64,000 nt of DNA from a bacterium. GTDB taxonomy: Bacteria; UBA8248. The stretch spans positions 2,816,001-2,880,000 of the forward strand of contig OZ241326.1 of NCBI GenBank assembly GCA_965199855.1, written 5' to 3'. Below the pieces are notes generated by a model that saw nothing but the letters and a program-made list of their open reading frames with translations, searched no databases and was not told where the DNA came from. Positions 54,902 to 64,000 of the stretch are shown here, one piece after another (within the stretch, counting starts at the first letter, position 1; each line of letters opens with the position of its first letter). The translations under genes and the position numbers were made by a program.

Positions 54902-56292
54902 TCCGAAGCCGGGAGGCGGACGCCCGCGCTCTCCAGGATGCCGCGCACGCGCGCGCGCCGCTCCTCGGGAATATGGAGCCGCTCGGCGAAGTCGCGGCCC
55001 GAGGGCTTCGTGGCGTCCACGCCGACCTTCGTGAGGGTATGATCCTCCGGGTCGGAGGTCGGGTCGAGAATCGCCCCCATCGCCCCGTGAATGAAGTTGA
55101 TGTCGCGCTCCGCGCGCGTTCTCGTGAGAACCGCCCAGGCCACGTCCGAGAGATTGAAGATGTCCACGTCCTCGTCCACCACCACCACGCACTTGCAGTA
55201 GAACTCGGCTCCCAGCGCGGCCATGATGGCCTGCTGCGGCTGCCCCTCCGCCGTCTTCTCCATCCGGACGATGGCCAGAAGCGCCCCCGCCGTGTTCGAG
55301 GGGACGTGCACGGCCGAGACGCCGGGCAGGTTGCGCCGGAGGACGTTCAGGATTTCCGCCTCCCGGCTCACGCAGGAGATGAGGATGTGATCCGCCGACA
55401 TCCCCGAGGCCACGCTGTGGAGCATGGCGTCCCCCCGCATCCGCGCGCGCTTCACGACGAACACGTTCTGCGTGCTGCGGTAGGAGGCGTAGCCCGTGAA
55501 CTCGCTGAAGGGGCCCTCGGGCTCGCGCTCGCCCGCGAGAATCTCGCCCTCGAGCACGATTTCCGCCTCCGCCGGCGCCTCGAGCGCCCCCGTCCCGCAT
55601 CTGGCAACGCGGTAGGGTTCGCCGAACAGGGCGCCGATGATCTCGTATTTCCGCACCCCCGGCGGGTAGTGCCAGGCCATCGAGCCCATGTAGTGCGCCG
55701 GATGAACGCCGATGACGATGGCCGCCGGCAGGGGCTCGCCCGCCTCCTCGGCCTTCCTGTGAAAGTGATACATCCGCCGCCTCGAGTGCAGGGAGAGGCC
55801 GAGCCGGTTCCTCCCCTTGAGCTGGAGGCGGTGAAAGCCCGTGGTGTCCACGCCCGTCTCGGGGTCGCGCGCCACGATCTGCCCCGCCGTGATGTAGGGG
55901 GCCGCGTCCACGGGAAAATGAAGGGGGATGGGGAGCTTCTCCAGGTCCACCTCGTCCCCTTCGAGGACGACCTCGCGCCAGGGCGCCTCCTCCACCACCT
56001 CCACGGGCTGGTAGTTCTGGCAGCGCTCCCTGTAGGCCGCGGGCAGGTCGCCCGGCGCCACGCCGAGGCACGCCGCCAGGAGCTTCCGGTTGGCCGCCGT
56101 GTTCGTGACGACCGAGCCGGCGAAGCCCTCCACGCGCTCGAAGAGGAGGACGGGGTATCTGCCCGCGCGCTCGAACTCGAAGACGGCGGGGGTGATGTCC
56201 TCCCTGGAGACGGGCTCGCGGACGCGGACGAACTCCTCGGGGTGGTCCCTCTCCACCATCGCCAGAAAGCCGCGCAGGCTCTGGTCGGCCAC
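54898..56292 (-). CDS. UbiD-family decarboxylase
   Basis: SLRGFL, DAAPYIT, GFHRL, AEIVLEG, EGPFSEFTGY, VVDEDVD, LDP, KVGVDATKP. Confidence 0.9.
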   Translation of the reverse strand: MADQSLRGFLAMVERDHPEEFVRVREPVSREDITPAVFEFERAGRYPVLLFERVEGFAGSVVTNTAANRKLLAACLGVAPGDLPAAYRERCQNYQPVEVVEEAPWREVVLEGDEVDLEKLPIPLHFPVDAAPYITAGQIVARDPETGVDTTGFHRLQLKGRNRLGLSLHSRRRMYHFHRKAEEAGEPLPAAIVIGVHPAHYMGSMAWHYPPGVRKYEIIGALFGEPYRVARCGTGALEAPAEAEIVLEGEILAGEREPEGPFSEFTGYASYRSTQNVFVVKRARMRGDAMLHSVASGMSADHILISCVSREAEILNVLRRNLPGVSAVHVPSNTAGALLAIVRMEKTAEGQPQQAIMAALGAEFYCKCVVVVDEDVDIFNLSDVAWAVLTRTRAERDINFIHGAMGAILDPTSDPEDHTLTKVGVDATKPSGRDFAERLHIPEERRARVRGILESAGVRLPASE

Positions 56293-56305
56293 GCCGCGCC
56301 CCTCC

Positions 56306-57097
56306 CTACTTCGCCCAGGCGCCGCGATCCGCGTAGGGGCTGTCGAGGGGCGGCAGCGGGGGCGCGCCCTCCCGGGGCGGCTCCTCGTCCCAGAACTCGA
56401 TGGCGATGACGCGGGCGGGCGCCCCCTCGGTGTCCTTGAGCTTCACCGCGCCCGTCACCAGCAGGACGCGCTCCCTGCGGATCGCGCCGATGTTCGTACA
56501 CCACTCGATGAGGCAGATTCCGCGCTCGAGGAACTTGACGTGGTTGGGGCTCCAGTCCGGGGCGGGCCACCTGCGCTCCTCGGGCGGATGAAGCGGCGAG
56601 TCGCACGTCATGAAGTCCTGGACGAGCGCCTTGACGCCCTTGCCGATGAGCCAGTCCGCCGCGTCGGTGGAGAGATAGACCATGCGCTCCCAGAAGTCGC
56701 GCGAGCCCCACATGCGGTCGGTCCACTCCGTGCTGACGATGGCGATGTCGCCCGGGCGCACCTCCACGCCCGTCGCCTCGAGGTCCGCGGCCGTCACCGC
56801 CTCGGAGTCGCCCTTGCCCGGCACCTTGAGCACGCAGGCGTCGCCGCACACGTGGTCGAGCGGCACCTCGTCGTTCTTCAGCCCGTCGTGAAAGAAGTGG
56901 TAGGGCGCGTCGTAGTGCGTGTAGCTCTGCGTGGTCGTGGAGAAGCCGAAGTTGCAGATGTGGTCCACGTCCAGCGTGGCGATGGGGGTGATGGTCGTGC
57001 CCGGCGCGGGCTTGTCGTATATCTCATCGCGCGGAAACTGGACGTAGGTGTCCTTCGGGTCGACGGTGAGCGTGAGATCGACGAAGCGATACGGCAT
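56306..57097 (-). CDS. Cyclase/kynurenine formamidase family protein
   Basis: FVDLT, THYDAPYHF, H..FL..G...IE, K....EGAPARVIA. Confidence 0.85.
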   Translation of the reverse strand: MPYRFVDLTLTVDPKDTYVQFPRDEIYDKPAPGTTITPIATLDVDHICNFGFSTTTQSYTHYDAPYHFFHDGLKNDEVPLDHVCGDACVLKVPGKGDSEAVTAADLEATGVEVRPGDIAIVSTEWTDRMWGSRDFWERMVYLSTDAADWLIGKGVKALVQDFMTCDSPLHPPEERRWPAPDWSPNHVKFLERGICLIEWCTNIGAIRRERVLLVTGAVKLKDTEGAPARVIAIEFWDEEPPREGAPPLPPLDSPYADRGAWAK

Positions 57098-57193
57098 GGC
57101 TCTCCCCCAGGCGGAGCGTCCGGGCTTCTGGATGGAGGCACTCCGCCGCCCGCGGGGGCCAGGCCCGGGCGGACGGCGGAGGCGCGCCCTCGG

Positions 57194-58174
57194 CTAGTTC
57201 CAGCCCTTCTCCTTGCAGTAGCGCGCCGCGCCCGCGTGAAGCGGCACGCCCATCTGCGACTCCTTGCAGCCCGTCTTCGCCGGCTGGAAGTTCCGGAGGC
57301 CCTTGTGGCCCGCCCGCAGGTCGGCGACGTTGTCGAGCAGCGCCTTCACGATCCTGTAGGCCGTGCCGTTGTCCATGGCGGTGGAGGCGATGACCGCCGT
57401 CGTGAAGCCGAAGGTCTTCCGGGGCACCGTCTGCCCCGGGAAGGTGTTCGCCGGCATGGTGGCCTTCAGGAAGCCGATGCCCAGCAGCTTGTCGCGGTAT
57501 TCGTCGGCGATCTCCAGGAACTTCAGCTTCTTCTGAACCGCGATGGAGGTGAGCGCGGGATGGCCCGCGTTCACGGTGTGGCTCAGCATGTCGGCCTGGC
57601 CGTCCTTCATGCGGCTCTTGATGGCGCCGAAGCCCGTGTGCGTGACCGAGCCGCCCATCTTCTTGATTCCCTCGTAGGTGACGCCGTGGGCGCCCAGCAT
57701 GGCGCGCGTGGCCCACTGGCCCAGGCCGCCGCGCGGCACCGTCACGTAGTTCACCGGAACCTTCCTGAGGTCGGTGACGGCGCTCACCTTCGGGTTCGTG
57801 GTGACGATGCCCAGGTAGTATTGATCCAGCCCCCCGAGCAGCCCGCGAAGGTTCTTGTAGGGCTTCTTGTAGGCCACCTTCCCCTGGTAGGCCCACGCCG
57901 CCGCCACGCTGAAGGTGAGCGCGGTGTTGAACTTGCCGGTGCCCACGTTCACGGGGTTGCCCACGCCGCCGCCCTTCGAGAGGGCGTCGATCTGGACGCC
58001 CGTCTTCGCGTTGTTGACGATGTTCGCCATGGTGGCCGAATAGACGTGCCAGCCGCTGCCCTTGCGCCAGCTGCCCATGGTGAGGCGGCTCGCCGCCTCC
58101 GCCGCCTGGACGGCCAAGAGCGCTCCGAGAGCCGCCGCGAGAACGAAACCCCTCTTCCAAGATGTGCGCTTCAT
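57194..58174 (-). CDS. TAXI-family TRAP transporter solute-binding protein
   Basis: Signal peptide, GS...G.W, GGGVGN, MKDGQAD, VPLHAGAARY.KE.G. Confidence 0.88.
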   Translation of the reverse strand: MKRTSWKRGFVLAAALGALLAVQAAEAASRLTMGSWRKGSGWHVYSATMANIVNNAKTGVQIDALSKGGGVGNPVNVGTGKFNTALTFSVAAAWAYQGKVAYKKPYKNLRGLLGGLDQYYLGIVTTNPKVSAVTDLRKVPVNYVTVPRGGLGQWATRAMLGAHGVTYEGIKKMGGSVTHTGFGAIKSRMKDGQADMLSHTVNAGHPALTSIAVQKKLKFLEIADEYRDKLLGIGFLKATMPANTFPGQTVPRKTFGFTTAVIASTAMDNGTAYRIVKALLDNVADLRAGHKGLRNFQPAKTGCKESQMGVPLHAGAARYCKEKGWN

Positions 58175-58232
58175 GCCGGAAACTCCTCTGTTGGAAAGAA
58201 TGCGGAGGCGCCCGCGCCCATGGCGCGCCCGC

Positions 58233-60104
58233 CTACCGGGAAGCCTGGCCCGCCGGACCCGGGGCCGCGCTCCTCCTCGCGCGCGCGAGGTGGCTCCAGA
58301 AAACGGCGAGCAGCAAAGCGGAGCCGATCACGTCCGTGAGCTTCTCGGGAACGATCAGCCCCAGCGAGCAGATGAAATACGCCGCGCGCTCCCGGCCCGA
58401 GAGCGGAAGCGAGACGTGCCCCGTAATCGCCGCCGCCAGCGCCGCGACCCCGATGGCGCAGGTCGCCGTCACCCAGAGCGTCTCGCCGAGCGCGCCGATG
58501 AAGAGCATGGAGGGATTATACACGAACGCCAGGGGGACGAGAAAGCCCGCCAGCGAGAGCTGAAACGCCTTCCAGCCCGTGGCGTTCAGGTCCGACTCGG
58601 CGACGCCCGAGGCGACGTAGGCCGAGAGCGCCACGGGCGGCGTCAGCATCGAGAGAATGGCGAAGTAGTAGATGAACATGTGCGCCGCCAGAACGGGAAG
58701 CCCCAGCTTCGAGAGGGCGGGCCCCAGAAGCGTGCCCGCCATGATGTAGGCGGCGGCCGTGGGCATCCCCATGCCCATGATGATGCAGCCGAGGAGGGTG
58801 AGGCCCAGGGCGGGCAGAATCATCCCCCCCGAGATGCTGACGATGAGGCCGGAGAACTTGAGCCCCAGGCCGGTGTCGTCCACCACGCCGACGACGACGC
58901 CCGCGATCGCGCAGGGGACGGCGACGGCGACCGTCATGCGGCCGGCTTTCTCGAGCGCCTCGAGAATCTTCTCCGCGCCCATGCGCGTCGCCCGCCGCGC
59001 CCAGCTCAGCGCGACCACCCCGATGGCCGCCGAGGTGGCCGACCACATGAGCGTGAAGCCGGCGACCATGTAGCCCACGAGCAGGACGATCGGGAGCAGA
59101 AGAAGGCCGCGCTCCAGGAGAATGCTCCGCAGCTCGGGCATCTCCTCCCGGCTCAGCCCCCGCAGGTTCAGCTTCTTCGCCTCGAGGTCCACCATGAAGA
59201 ACAGCGAGACGTAGTAGATGACGGCCGGGATGGCCGCCGCGCCCGCCACCCGCAGGTAGGGGGTGCCCGTCATGTCGGCGAGGATGAAGGCGCCCGCGCC
59301 CATGATGGGCGGCATGAGCTGCCCGCCCGTGGAGGCGACCGCCTCCACGGCGCCCGCGTAGTGGGGGGCGAAGCCCAGGCGCTTCATCAGCGGAATGGTG
59401 AAGACGCCGGTTCCCACGACGTTCGCCGTCGCGCTGCCGCTGATGGTTCCCATGAGGCTGCTGCTCACGATGGCCGCCTTGGCCGGGCCGCCCCGGAAGG
59501 CACCCGTCAGGCGGATGGCCAGGTCGATGAACATCCGCCCGCCGCCCGAGACCTCGAGCGCCGCCGAGAACAGGACGAAGTAGAACACCACCTCCACGCT
59601 CACCCCCAGGGGGACGCCCAGCAGCCCCTCGATGCTCAGGATCTGGAACTCGATGAAGGAGGGAAGCTCGATGAAGCGGTGCCCCAGCGCGCCCGGAATC
59701 AGGTGGCCCAGAAAGTTGTAGGCGAGCGCGGCGACGGCCACCGAGGTGACGCCCCAGCCGAGGTAGCGCCGCGACGCCTCGACCGTCAGGAGGATATAGA
59801 CGAGGCCCAGCCAGATGTAGCGCGCGGGCACCTCGTCCACGTCCCGGATGCGCTCGTTCAGGAAGTTCCACTCCCACAGATAGAGCAGCGCGATGCCCAT
59901 GGCGAGGGCGGCGAGCGCGTAGTCCGCCGCGCCGACGCGGCCTTCCTTGCGAAAGGGCTTGGTGAGAAAGACGATGCCCAGCGCGAAGCTCAGGTGCAGC
60001 GGCCGGGCGATGAAGACGTGCAGCATCCCGAAAAACGCCCAGTAGAGCTGGATGGACGCCCAGGCGATGGCCAGCGCGGCGACCGGGTTCAAAAACCGCT
60101 TCAT
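58233..60104 (-). CDS. TRAP transporter fused 4TM/12TM permease
   Basis: GGPAKAAI.SS..MGTISGS..ANV.GTG..TIP, EAVASTGGQ.MPPIMGAGAF, GMGMPT.AAY, TPPVAL. Confidence 0.92.
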   Translation of the reverse strand: MKRFLNPVAALAIAWASIQLYWAFFGMLHVFIARPLHLSFALGIVFLTKPFRKEGRVGAADYALAALAMGIALLYLWEWNFLNERIRDVDEVPARYIWLGLVYILLTVEASRRYLGWGVTSVAVAALAYNFLGHLIPGALGHRFIELPSFIEFQILSIEGLLGVPLGVSVEVVFYFVLFSAALEVSGGGRMFIDLAIRLTGAFRGGPAKAAIVSSSLMGTISGSATANVVGTGVFTIPLMKRLGFAPHYAGAVEAVASTGGQLMPPIMGAGAFILADMTGTPYLRVAGAAAIPAVIYYVSLFFMVDLEAKKLNLRGLSREEMPELRSILLERGLLLLPIVLLVGYMVAGFTLMWSATSAAIGVVALSWARRATRMGAEKILEALEKAGRMTVAVAVPCAIAGVVVGVVDDTGLGLKFSGLIVSISGGMILPALGLTLLGCIIMGMGMPTAAAYIMAGTLLGPALSKLGLPVLAAHMFIYYFAILSMLTPPVALSAYVASGVAESDLNATGWKAFQLSLAGFLVPLAFVYNPSMLFIGALGETLWVTATCAIGVAALAAAITGHVSLPLSGRERAAYFICSLGLIVPEKLTDVIGSALLLAVFWSHLARARRSAAPGPAGQASR

Positions 60105-60272
60105 GGCGATTCCGTCCACTGTGAGGAAGCCCGAGAGCGCGCGAGAAGGCTCAAAGGTAGCAGGAAACCGCCGGAATATCCAAAAGGAGGGAAGCGCCGC
60201 GCGGGGGAAGCCCCCGAAAGGCGCGCGAGAGCCCGGGCCGCCTCCGGCCGTCCTCTTCCCGGCCGGCGCGCC

Positions 60273-61457
60273 TCACGCCGCCCAGGGGCGCGCGGGGGTT
60301 TTCGTGAGGAGCTCGCAGCCGTCCTCCTCCACGAGCGCCATCTGCTCGATGTTCACGCCGCCGGCGTCGGGCAGCACGAACTGCGGCTCCACGCAGAGCA
60401 CCATGCTGCGCTCGAGGGGCGCGTCGTTGTCGGGCCGGATGATGGGCGCCTCCACGGTCTCGAGGCCGATGCCGTGTCCCGCCATGGGGAAAAGATGCTG
60501 CCCCGCCCCGTCCGCGTTCTCATCCAGAAAGCGGCTCGCCGCCGCGTGAACCTCGGAGGCGGCCGCCCCCGCGCGAACGGCGGCCAGCGCCGCCTCCGAA
60601 GTCGCGGCGGTCAGCTCCAGCATGGCCTCCACCTTGCTCTCCAGCGGCTTGCCGGGAACCACGGCGGTGCGGTTGACGTCGAACCCGTAGCCCTCCACCG
60701 CGCCCACGTAGTCGAAGCGAATCAGGTCGCCCGCCTCGACCCTCCTCCGGGTCGCCTGCGGCCAGCGCGAACCCCAGCTCGCCCAGGGGCCGCTGTGGAC
60801 GCGCACGTAGCGCACGAAGTCCGCCCCCGCGCGCATCCCCGCCGCGTGCCCCTCGGCGCACAGGTCACTCTCGCGCGCGCCGGGGCGAATCGCCTCGAAT
60901 ATGGCGGCGTAGCCCACCTCGACGATCTCCGCCGCGCGCCTGAGCCAGGCGACCTCGGCTTCGCTCTTCCGCGCCCGCAGCCGCTCCACCAGGGCGTTCG
61001 CGTTCGAGAACCGCGCCTCGGGAAGCACCGAGGCGAGGTCGATATACATGGTCGCCGGCATGATATCCTCGCCGGCGACGCCCACCCGCGCGTCCGCCGC
61101 GCCCAGGCGCTCGAGCCTGCTCACGAGGGCGGCGGACATGTTCGCCTCCACCCGCACGTCCTCCACGCGCACCATGTCGCGGCGATAGTTGCGGTGATCC
61201 GCGAAGAGCGTCGGCGCCTCCTCGAGCGGCAGGACGAGCGCCCCGTGCCCCATGCCGCGCACGGCGTCGCTGAACGCTCCCGGCGGAAACGGCGGGAAAT
61301 GGTTGGTGAGGTAGGCCAGGCTCCCCATGCGGTCGTAGAAGGAGCGCCCGATGACGAGGAGGACGTCCAGCCCCCCGGCGCGCATGAGGCCGCGCGCGGC
61401 GGCGATTCTCCCTTCTATCTCCTCGCGGGAGGCGCCCTCTCCGCTCTCGATCACCAT
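60273..61457 (-). CDS. M24 (Xaa-Pro peptidase/creatinase-like) hydrolase
   Basis: RARKS.AE, FD......GY.FD..RT, GHGIGL, LCVEP, IE metal ligands. Confidence 0.85.
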   Translation of the reverse strand: MVIESGEGASREEIEGRIAAARGLMRAGGLDVLLVIGRSFYDRMGSLAYLTNHFPPFPPGAFSDAVRGMGHGALVLPLEEAPTLFADHRNYRRDMVRVEDVRVEANMSAALVSRLERLGAADARVGVAGEDIMPATMYIDLASVLPEARFSNANALVERLRARKSEAEVAWLRRAAEIVEVGYAAIFEAIRPGARESDLCAEGHAAGMRAGADFVRYVRVHSGPWASWGSRWPQATRRRVEAGDLIRFDYVGAVEGYGFDVNRTAVVPGKPLESKVEAMLELTAATSEAALAAVRAGAAASEVHAAASRFLDENADGAGQHLFPMAGHGIGLETVEAPIIRPDNDAPLERSMVLCVEPQFVLPDAGGVNIEQMALVEEDGCELLTKTPARPWAA

Positions 61458-62426
61458 CTACCTGAACCTGGGCAGCAGCTCGGAGACGAAATTCTCCAGC
61501 TGCTCCTCCTGGCTTCCCCCCGCGAAGCGGACGATGAACGCGCGCGCCCCCTCCCGCGCGTATTCGCGCAGCTGCGCCTCTATCCCGTCTCCGTCCCCGG
61601 CGAGGACGAGCAGCTGCCTGCGCACCTCCTCGAAGCTCTTGCGGTAATACTTCGAGAGAAACTCGCCGCACCGCGCCTCGGCCTTCGCGCCGTCGGGGTT
61701 CACGTTCATGGTGACGTAGAGGCACTGGGGGATTTTTTCGATCTCCCCGCCCCGGCCGGCCTCCTCCGCGAAGCCGCGTATCCTCTCCCAGCACCGGCGA
61801 TAGACGTCCGCCGTGACGGCGTTCGTAATCCAGCCGTCGGCGAAGCGCGCCACGCGCCTGAGGCCCGAATCCACCAGGTTGCTCGAAAGCCAGACGGGGG
61901 GGCCGCCGGGGGTGCGCGGCCTCGGCTCGAGCGCCACGCCCTCGAAGGAGAAGTGTTTGCCCCGGTAATCCGCCCGGGGCTCCCGCAGGAGGAGCTTGAG
62001 TATCTCCACCGTCTCGGAGAAGCGGCGCGCCCGCTCGTTCAGCGGCACCCCGAGCGTCTCGAACTCGAATTCGAGGTCCCTGCGCCCCACGCCCAGGCCG
62101 GGGAGGACGCGCCCCGGAAACATGCAGTCGAGCGTGCTCACCGCCTGCGCGAGCATCACCGGATGGCGCAGCGCGGCGAGCATCACCGCCGTGCCCACCT
62201 GAACGCGCCCGGTCGAGGCGAGCGCCGCCGCCCAGGTCGTGAAGCTCTCCATGCGGGGCTTGGCCAGCACGCTGTCGCCCAGCCACACCGAATCGAGGCC
62301 GAGCGCCTCGGCTCTTCGGGCGAGCGAGAAGACGGGCGCCGCGTCCGGCGCCGCGCCCGCGGCCGCCACCACGACGCCGCGCGTGGGCAGCAGATAGCCG
62401 AAATGAAAGCCGCTCTCGTCGCTCAT
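61458..62426 (-). CDS. LLM-class oxidoreductase
   Basis: LLPTRG, GLDSVWLGDS, VGTAV, GRV.PGLGVG, ADGW; paralogue of 53939-54901. Confidence 0.88.
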   Translation of the reverse strand: MSDESGFHFGYLLPTRGVVVAAAGAAPDAAPVFSLARRAEALGLDSVWLGDSVLAKPRMESFTTWAAALASTGRVQVGTAVMLAALRHPVMLAQAVSTLDCMFPGRVLPGLGVGRRDLEFEFETLGVPLNERARRFSETVEILKLLLREPRADYRGKHFSFEGVALEPRPRTPGGPPVWLSSNLVDSGLRRVARFADGWITNAVTADVYRRCWERIRGFAEEAGRGGEIEKIPQCLYVTMNVNPDGAKAEARCGEFLSKYYRKSFEEVRRQLLVLAGDGDGIEAQLREYAREGARAFIVRFAGGSQEEQLENFVSELLPRFR

Positions 62427-62618
62427 GGGGCGGGACTCCTTATTTCACATTTCCCGGCATGGAAGAGGCGCGTCAGGGAAGCGCCTCGACGCGCTCCGAA
62501 GCGCCCTCGATGAAGACCGGGGCCGCCCCTCTTTCCGCGCGGGAGGCGGGCGGCGCGCGAAGTCCCCAACCCCCGGCGGGATTGAGGACTTTGTCACTCC
62601 GCGCGCGATGAAGGCGTT

Positions 62619-62694
62619 TGGTGGAGCTGAGGGGGATCGAACCCCTGACCTCATGACTGCCAGTCATGCGCTCTCCCAGCTGAGCTACAGCCCC
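62619..62694 (-). tRNA. tRNA-Ala (GGC)
   Basis: Reverse complement GGGGCTGTAGCTCAGCTGGGAGAGCGCATGACTGGCAGTCATGAGGTCAGGGGTTCGATCCCCCTCAGCTCCACCA: 76 nt, anticodon GGC, encoded CCA. Confidence 0.97.
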
Positions 62695-62864
62695 GCGTCG
62701 GCGAAACCGGACGGACGGCGACGCGCGTCCCCCCGGCGAGCCTTCATGCGAGGGGTTTTCGCGCTCCCGCGCCTGCGTCCATCCTCCCTTTACCATCATT
62801 CCGGCGCCGTTGTCCATCCGCGCCGCATGGCCCTTTCCGGCGCCGCGCGGCAGTGCGGATTCCT

Positions 62865-63410
62865 TCATCCACGCTTGGCCCGCGCCGGCGCAAACCCGAT
62901 TTCTCTCTTTTTCTTCGATTCGGGCGGCGCCATGAGTTCACGTATCGCTCCGAAAACAATCTTGAACTTGTCATCGTATTTCTTTTCCAGGGCGGAGAGC
63001 TTGCGCGAGAGCTCCGCGTGGCCCTCAAGCATCCGCCGCAGGCGGACGAAAGCGCGCATGATCTCGATGTTCACCTGGATGGCCCGCTCGCTGCGCAGGA
63101 CGCCGGAGAGCATGGAAACGCCCTGCTCGGTGAAAGCGTAAGGCGGATAGCGCCTGCCTCCCCGGCTTGAGGTCACAAATTGTGACCTCAAGTCATCAAA
63201 TTCCTGTTTCGTGAGCCGAAACATGAAATCTTCCGGAAAGCGTTCGATGTTCCTCTTTACAGCCTGGACAAGGACCTTGGTCTCGACGCCGTAGAGAACG
63301 GCCAAATCAACGTCCAGAATGATTTTTTGATTCCGCAACAAAAAAATGGAATGCGCAATCCGCTCCATCGGTATCAGCGGGGCGCCGGCCTTCTTCTTCC
63401 TGGCTCCCAA
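62865..63410 (-). CDS. ORF6N-domain DNA-binding protein
   Basis: [62 protein letters not shown]. Confidence 0.9.
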   Translation of the reverse strand: MGARKKKAGAPLIPMERIAHSIFLLRNQKIILDVDLAVLYGVETKVLVQAVKRNIERFPEDFMFRLTKQEFDDLRSQFVTSSRGGRRYPPYAFTEQGVSMLSGVLRSERAIQVNIEIMRAFVRLRRMLEGHAELSRKLSALEKKYDDKFKIVFGAIRELMAPPESKKKREIGFAPARAKRG

Positions 63411-63617
63411 ATCCCGACCCTTTCAGGATATGAGCGATAATGGCGTCCCGCCTCGCGCCTGCCGTTCAGCGTGGACGTGAAGAGCTACGAGCGGACGGCC
63501 CGGCCGCCGCTCAGGGCGCGCATGGACGCAGCCGCCCGCCCCCTTTTCACCCAGGAGGAGCTCAGGGCCGCCTCCCGGGAGGCGCCGGAGGCTTAAAGGG
63601 CTGCCGCGCCCCTCTCC

Positions 63618-64000
63618 TCAATCGCCGGGGTCGGGCTCCCGCGCGAAGGCGCGCACGCGCTCCTCCAGCTCCCGGAAGTCGGCGGAGCCCGTCGCGTCCT
63701 CCGCGAGAATCTCCACCTCCTCCGGCCCCCGCGCGCCCAGCCCCAGCCCGACCGCGCGTCTGATCTGCCGGTGCGACCAGACGGGACAGTCCCGCAGGAG
63801 CTCCGCGCCCATGGCGCGCACGACGGAGGCGCCCACGACGTCCACGGCGATTCGGTCGTCCCCTGCGATCATCACGTTCGGGGCGCGCTCCTCTCCCTCG
63901 TAGGGACCGCCCGATATCCAGCACTTCGTCCCGTCCAGCACGATGAGCGAGGGCGAATAGAGCAGGTTCGTCTCCACGATCATCTCGGCCATCTGGGGGA
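63618..64000 (-). CDS. DUF362-like protein, C-terminal part (5' end beyond window)
   Basis: LIVLDG....SGGP..G.....MIAGDD.IAVD.VG...MG......I..A...GLG. Confidence 0.7.
   Translation of the reverse strand, partial: PQMAEMIVETNLLYSPSLIVLDGTKCWISGGPYEGEERAPNVMIAGDDRIAVDVVGASVVRAMGAELLRDCPVWSHRQIRRAVGLGLGARGPEEVEILAEDATGSADFRELEERVRAFAREPDPGD

Noticed and set aside
62619-62640. tRNA-Ala 3' end as an attachment site for an integrated island
   Set aside because: No duplicate of the tRNA 3' end and no integrase were seen in the window.

Overview
High-GC bacterial chromosomal window (roughly 70% GC by eye), mostly coded on the minus strand. The many long plus-strand ORFs in the track are antisense shadows. 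Housekeeping blocks are futalosine-type menaquinone genes (mqnL/mqnP/menG), gatC, a UvrD/PcrA helicase, a UDP-GlcNAc cluster (glmM-like, glmS, three GlmU-related genes), tatA/B-tatC, pyrF and tRNA-Ala(GGC). Interleaved with them are five defence-type genes: an OLD-like ATPase-TOPRIM (missed by the ORF track because it runs off the left edge), a DNA methyltransferase-HNH fusion, a frameshift-split BcgI-like R-M-S enzyme, a Dam-family methylase and a helicase-less Type ISP/IIG-like enzyme. A cobalamin riboswitch heads a BtuB-BtuFCD-TonB operon followed by an uncharacterised gene. The right third is a ~20 kb catabolic region: xanthine-dehydrogenase-family trio, three LLM oxidoreductases, two UbiD decarboxylases, CoA transferase, M20/M24 hydrolases, cyclase and a TAXI-TRAP transporter. 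The most striking sequence-level structure is a 95-aa stand-alone GIY-YIG nuclease gene tightly bracketed by exact 28-bp inverted copies of a CGTC-tagged palindromic repeat, with two more copies nearby. This suggests a REP/RAYT-like element driven by a GIY-YIG enzyme. All product calls come from motif recognition only; no database search was run.
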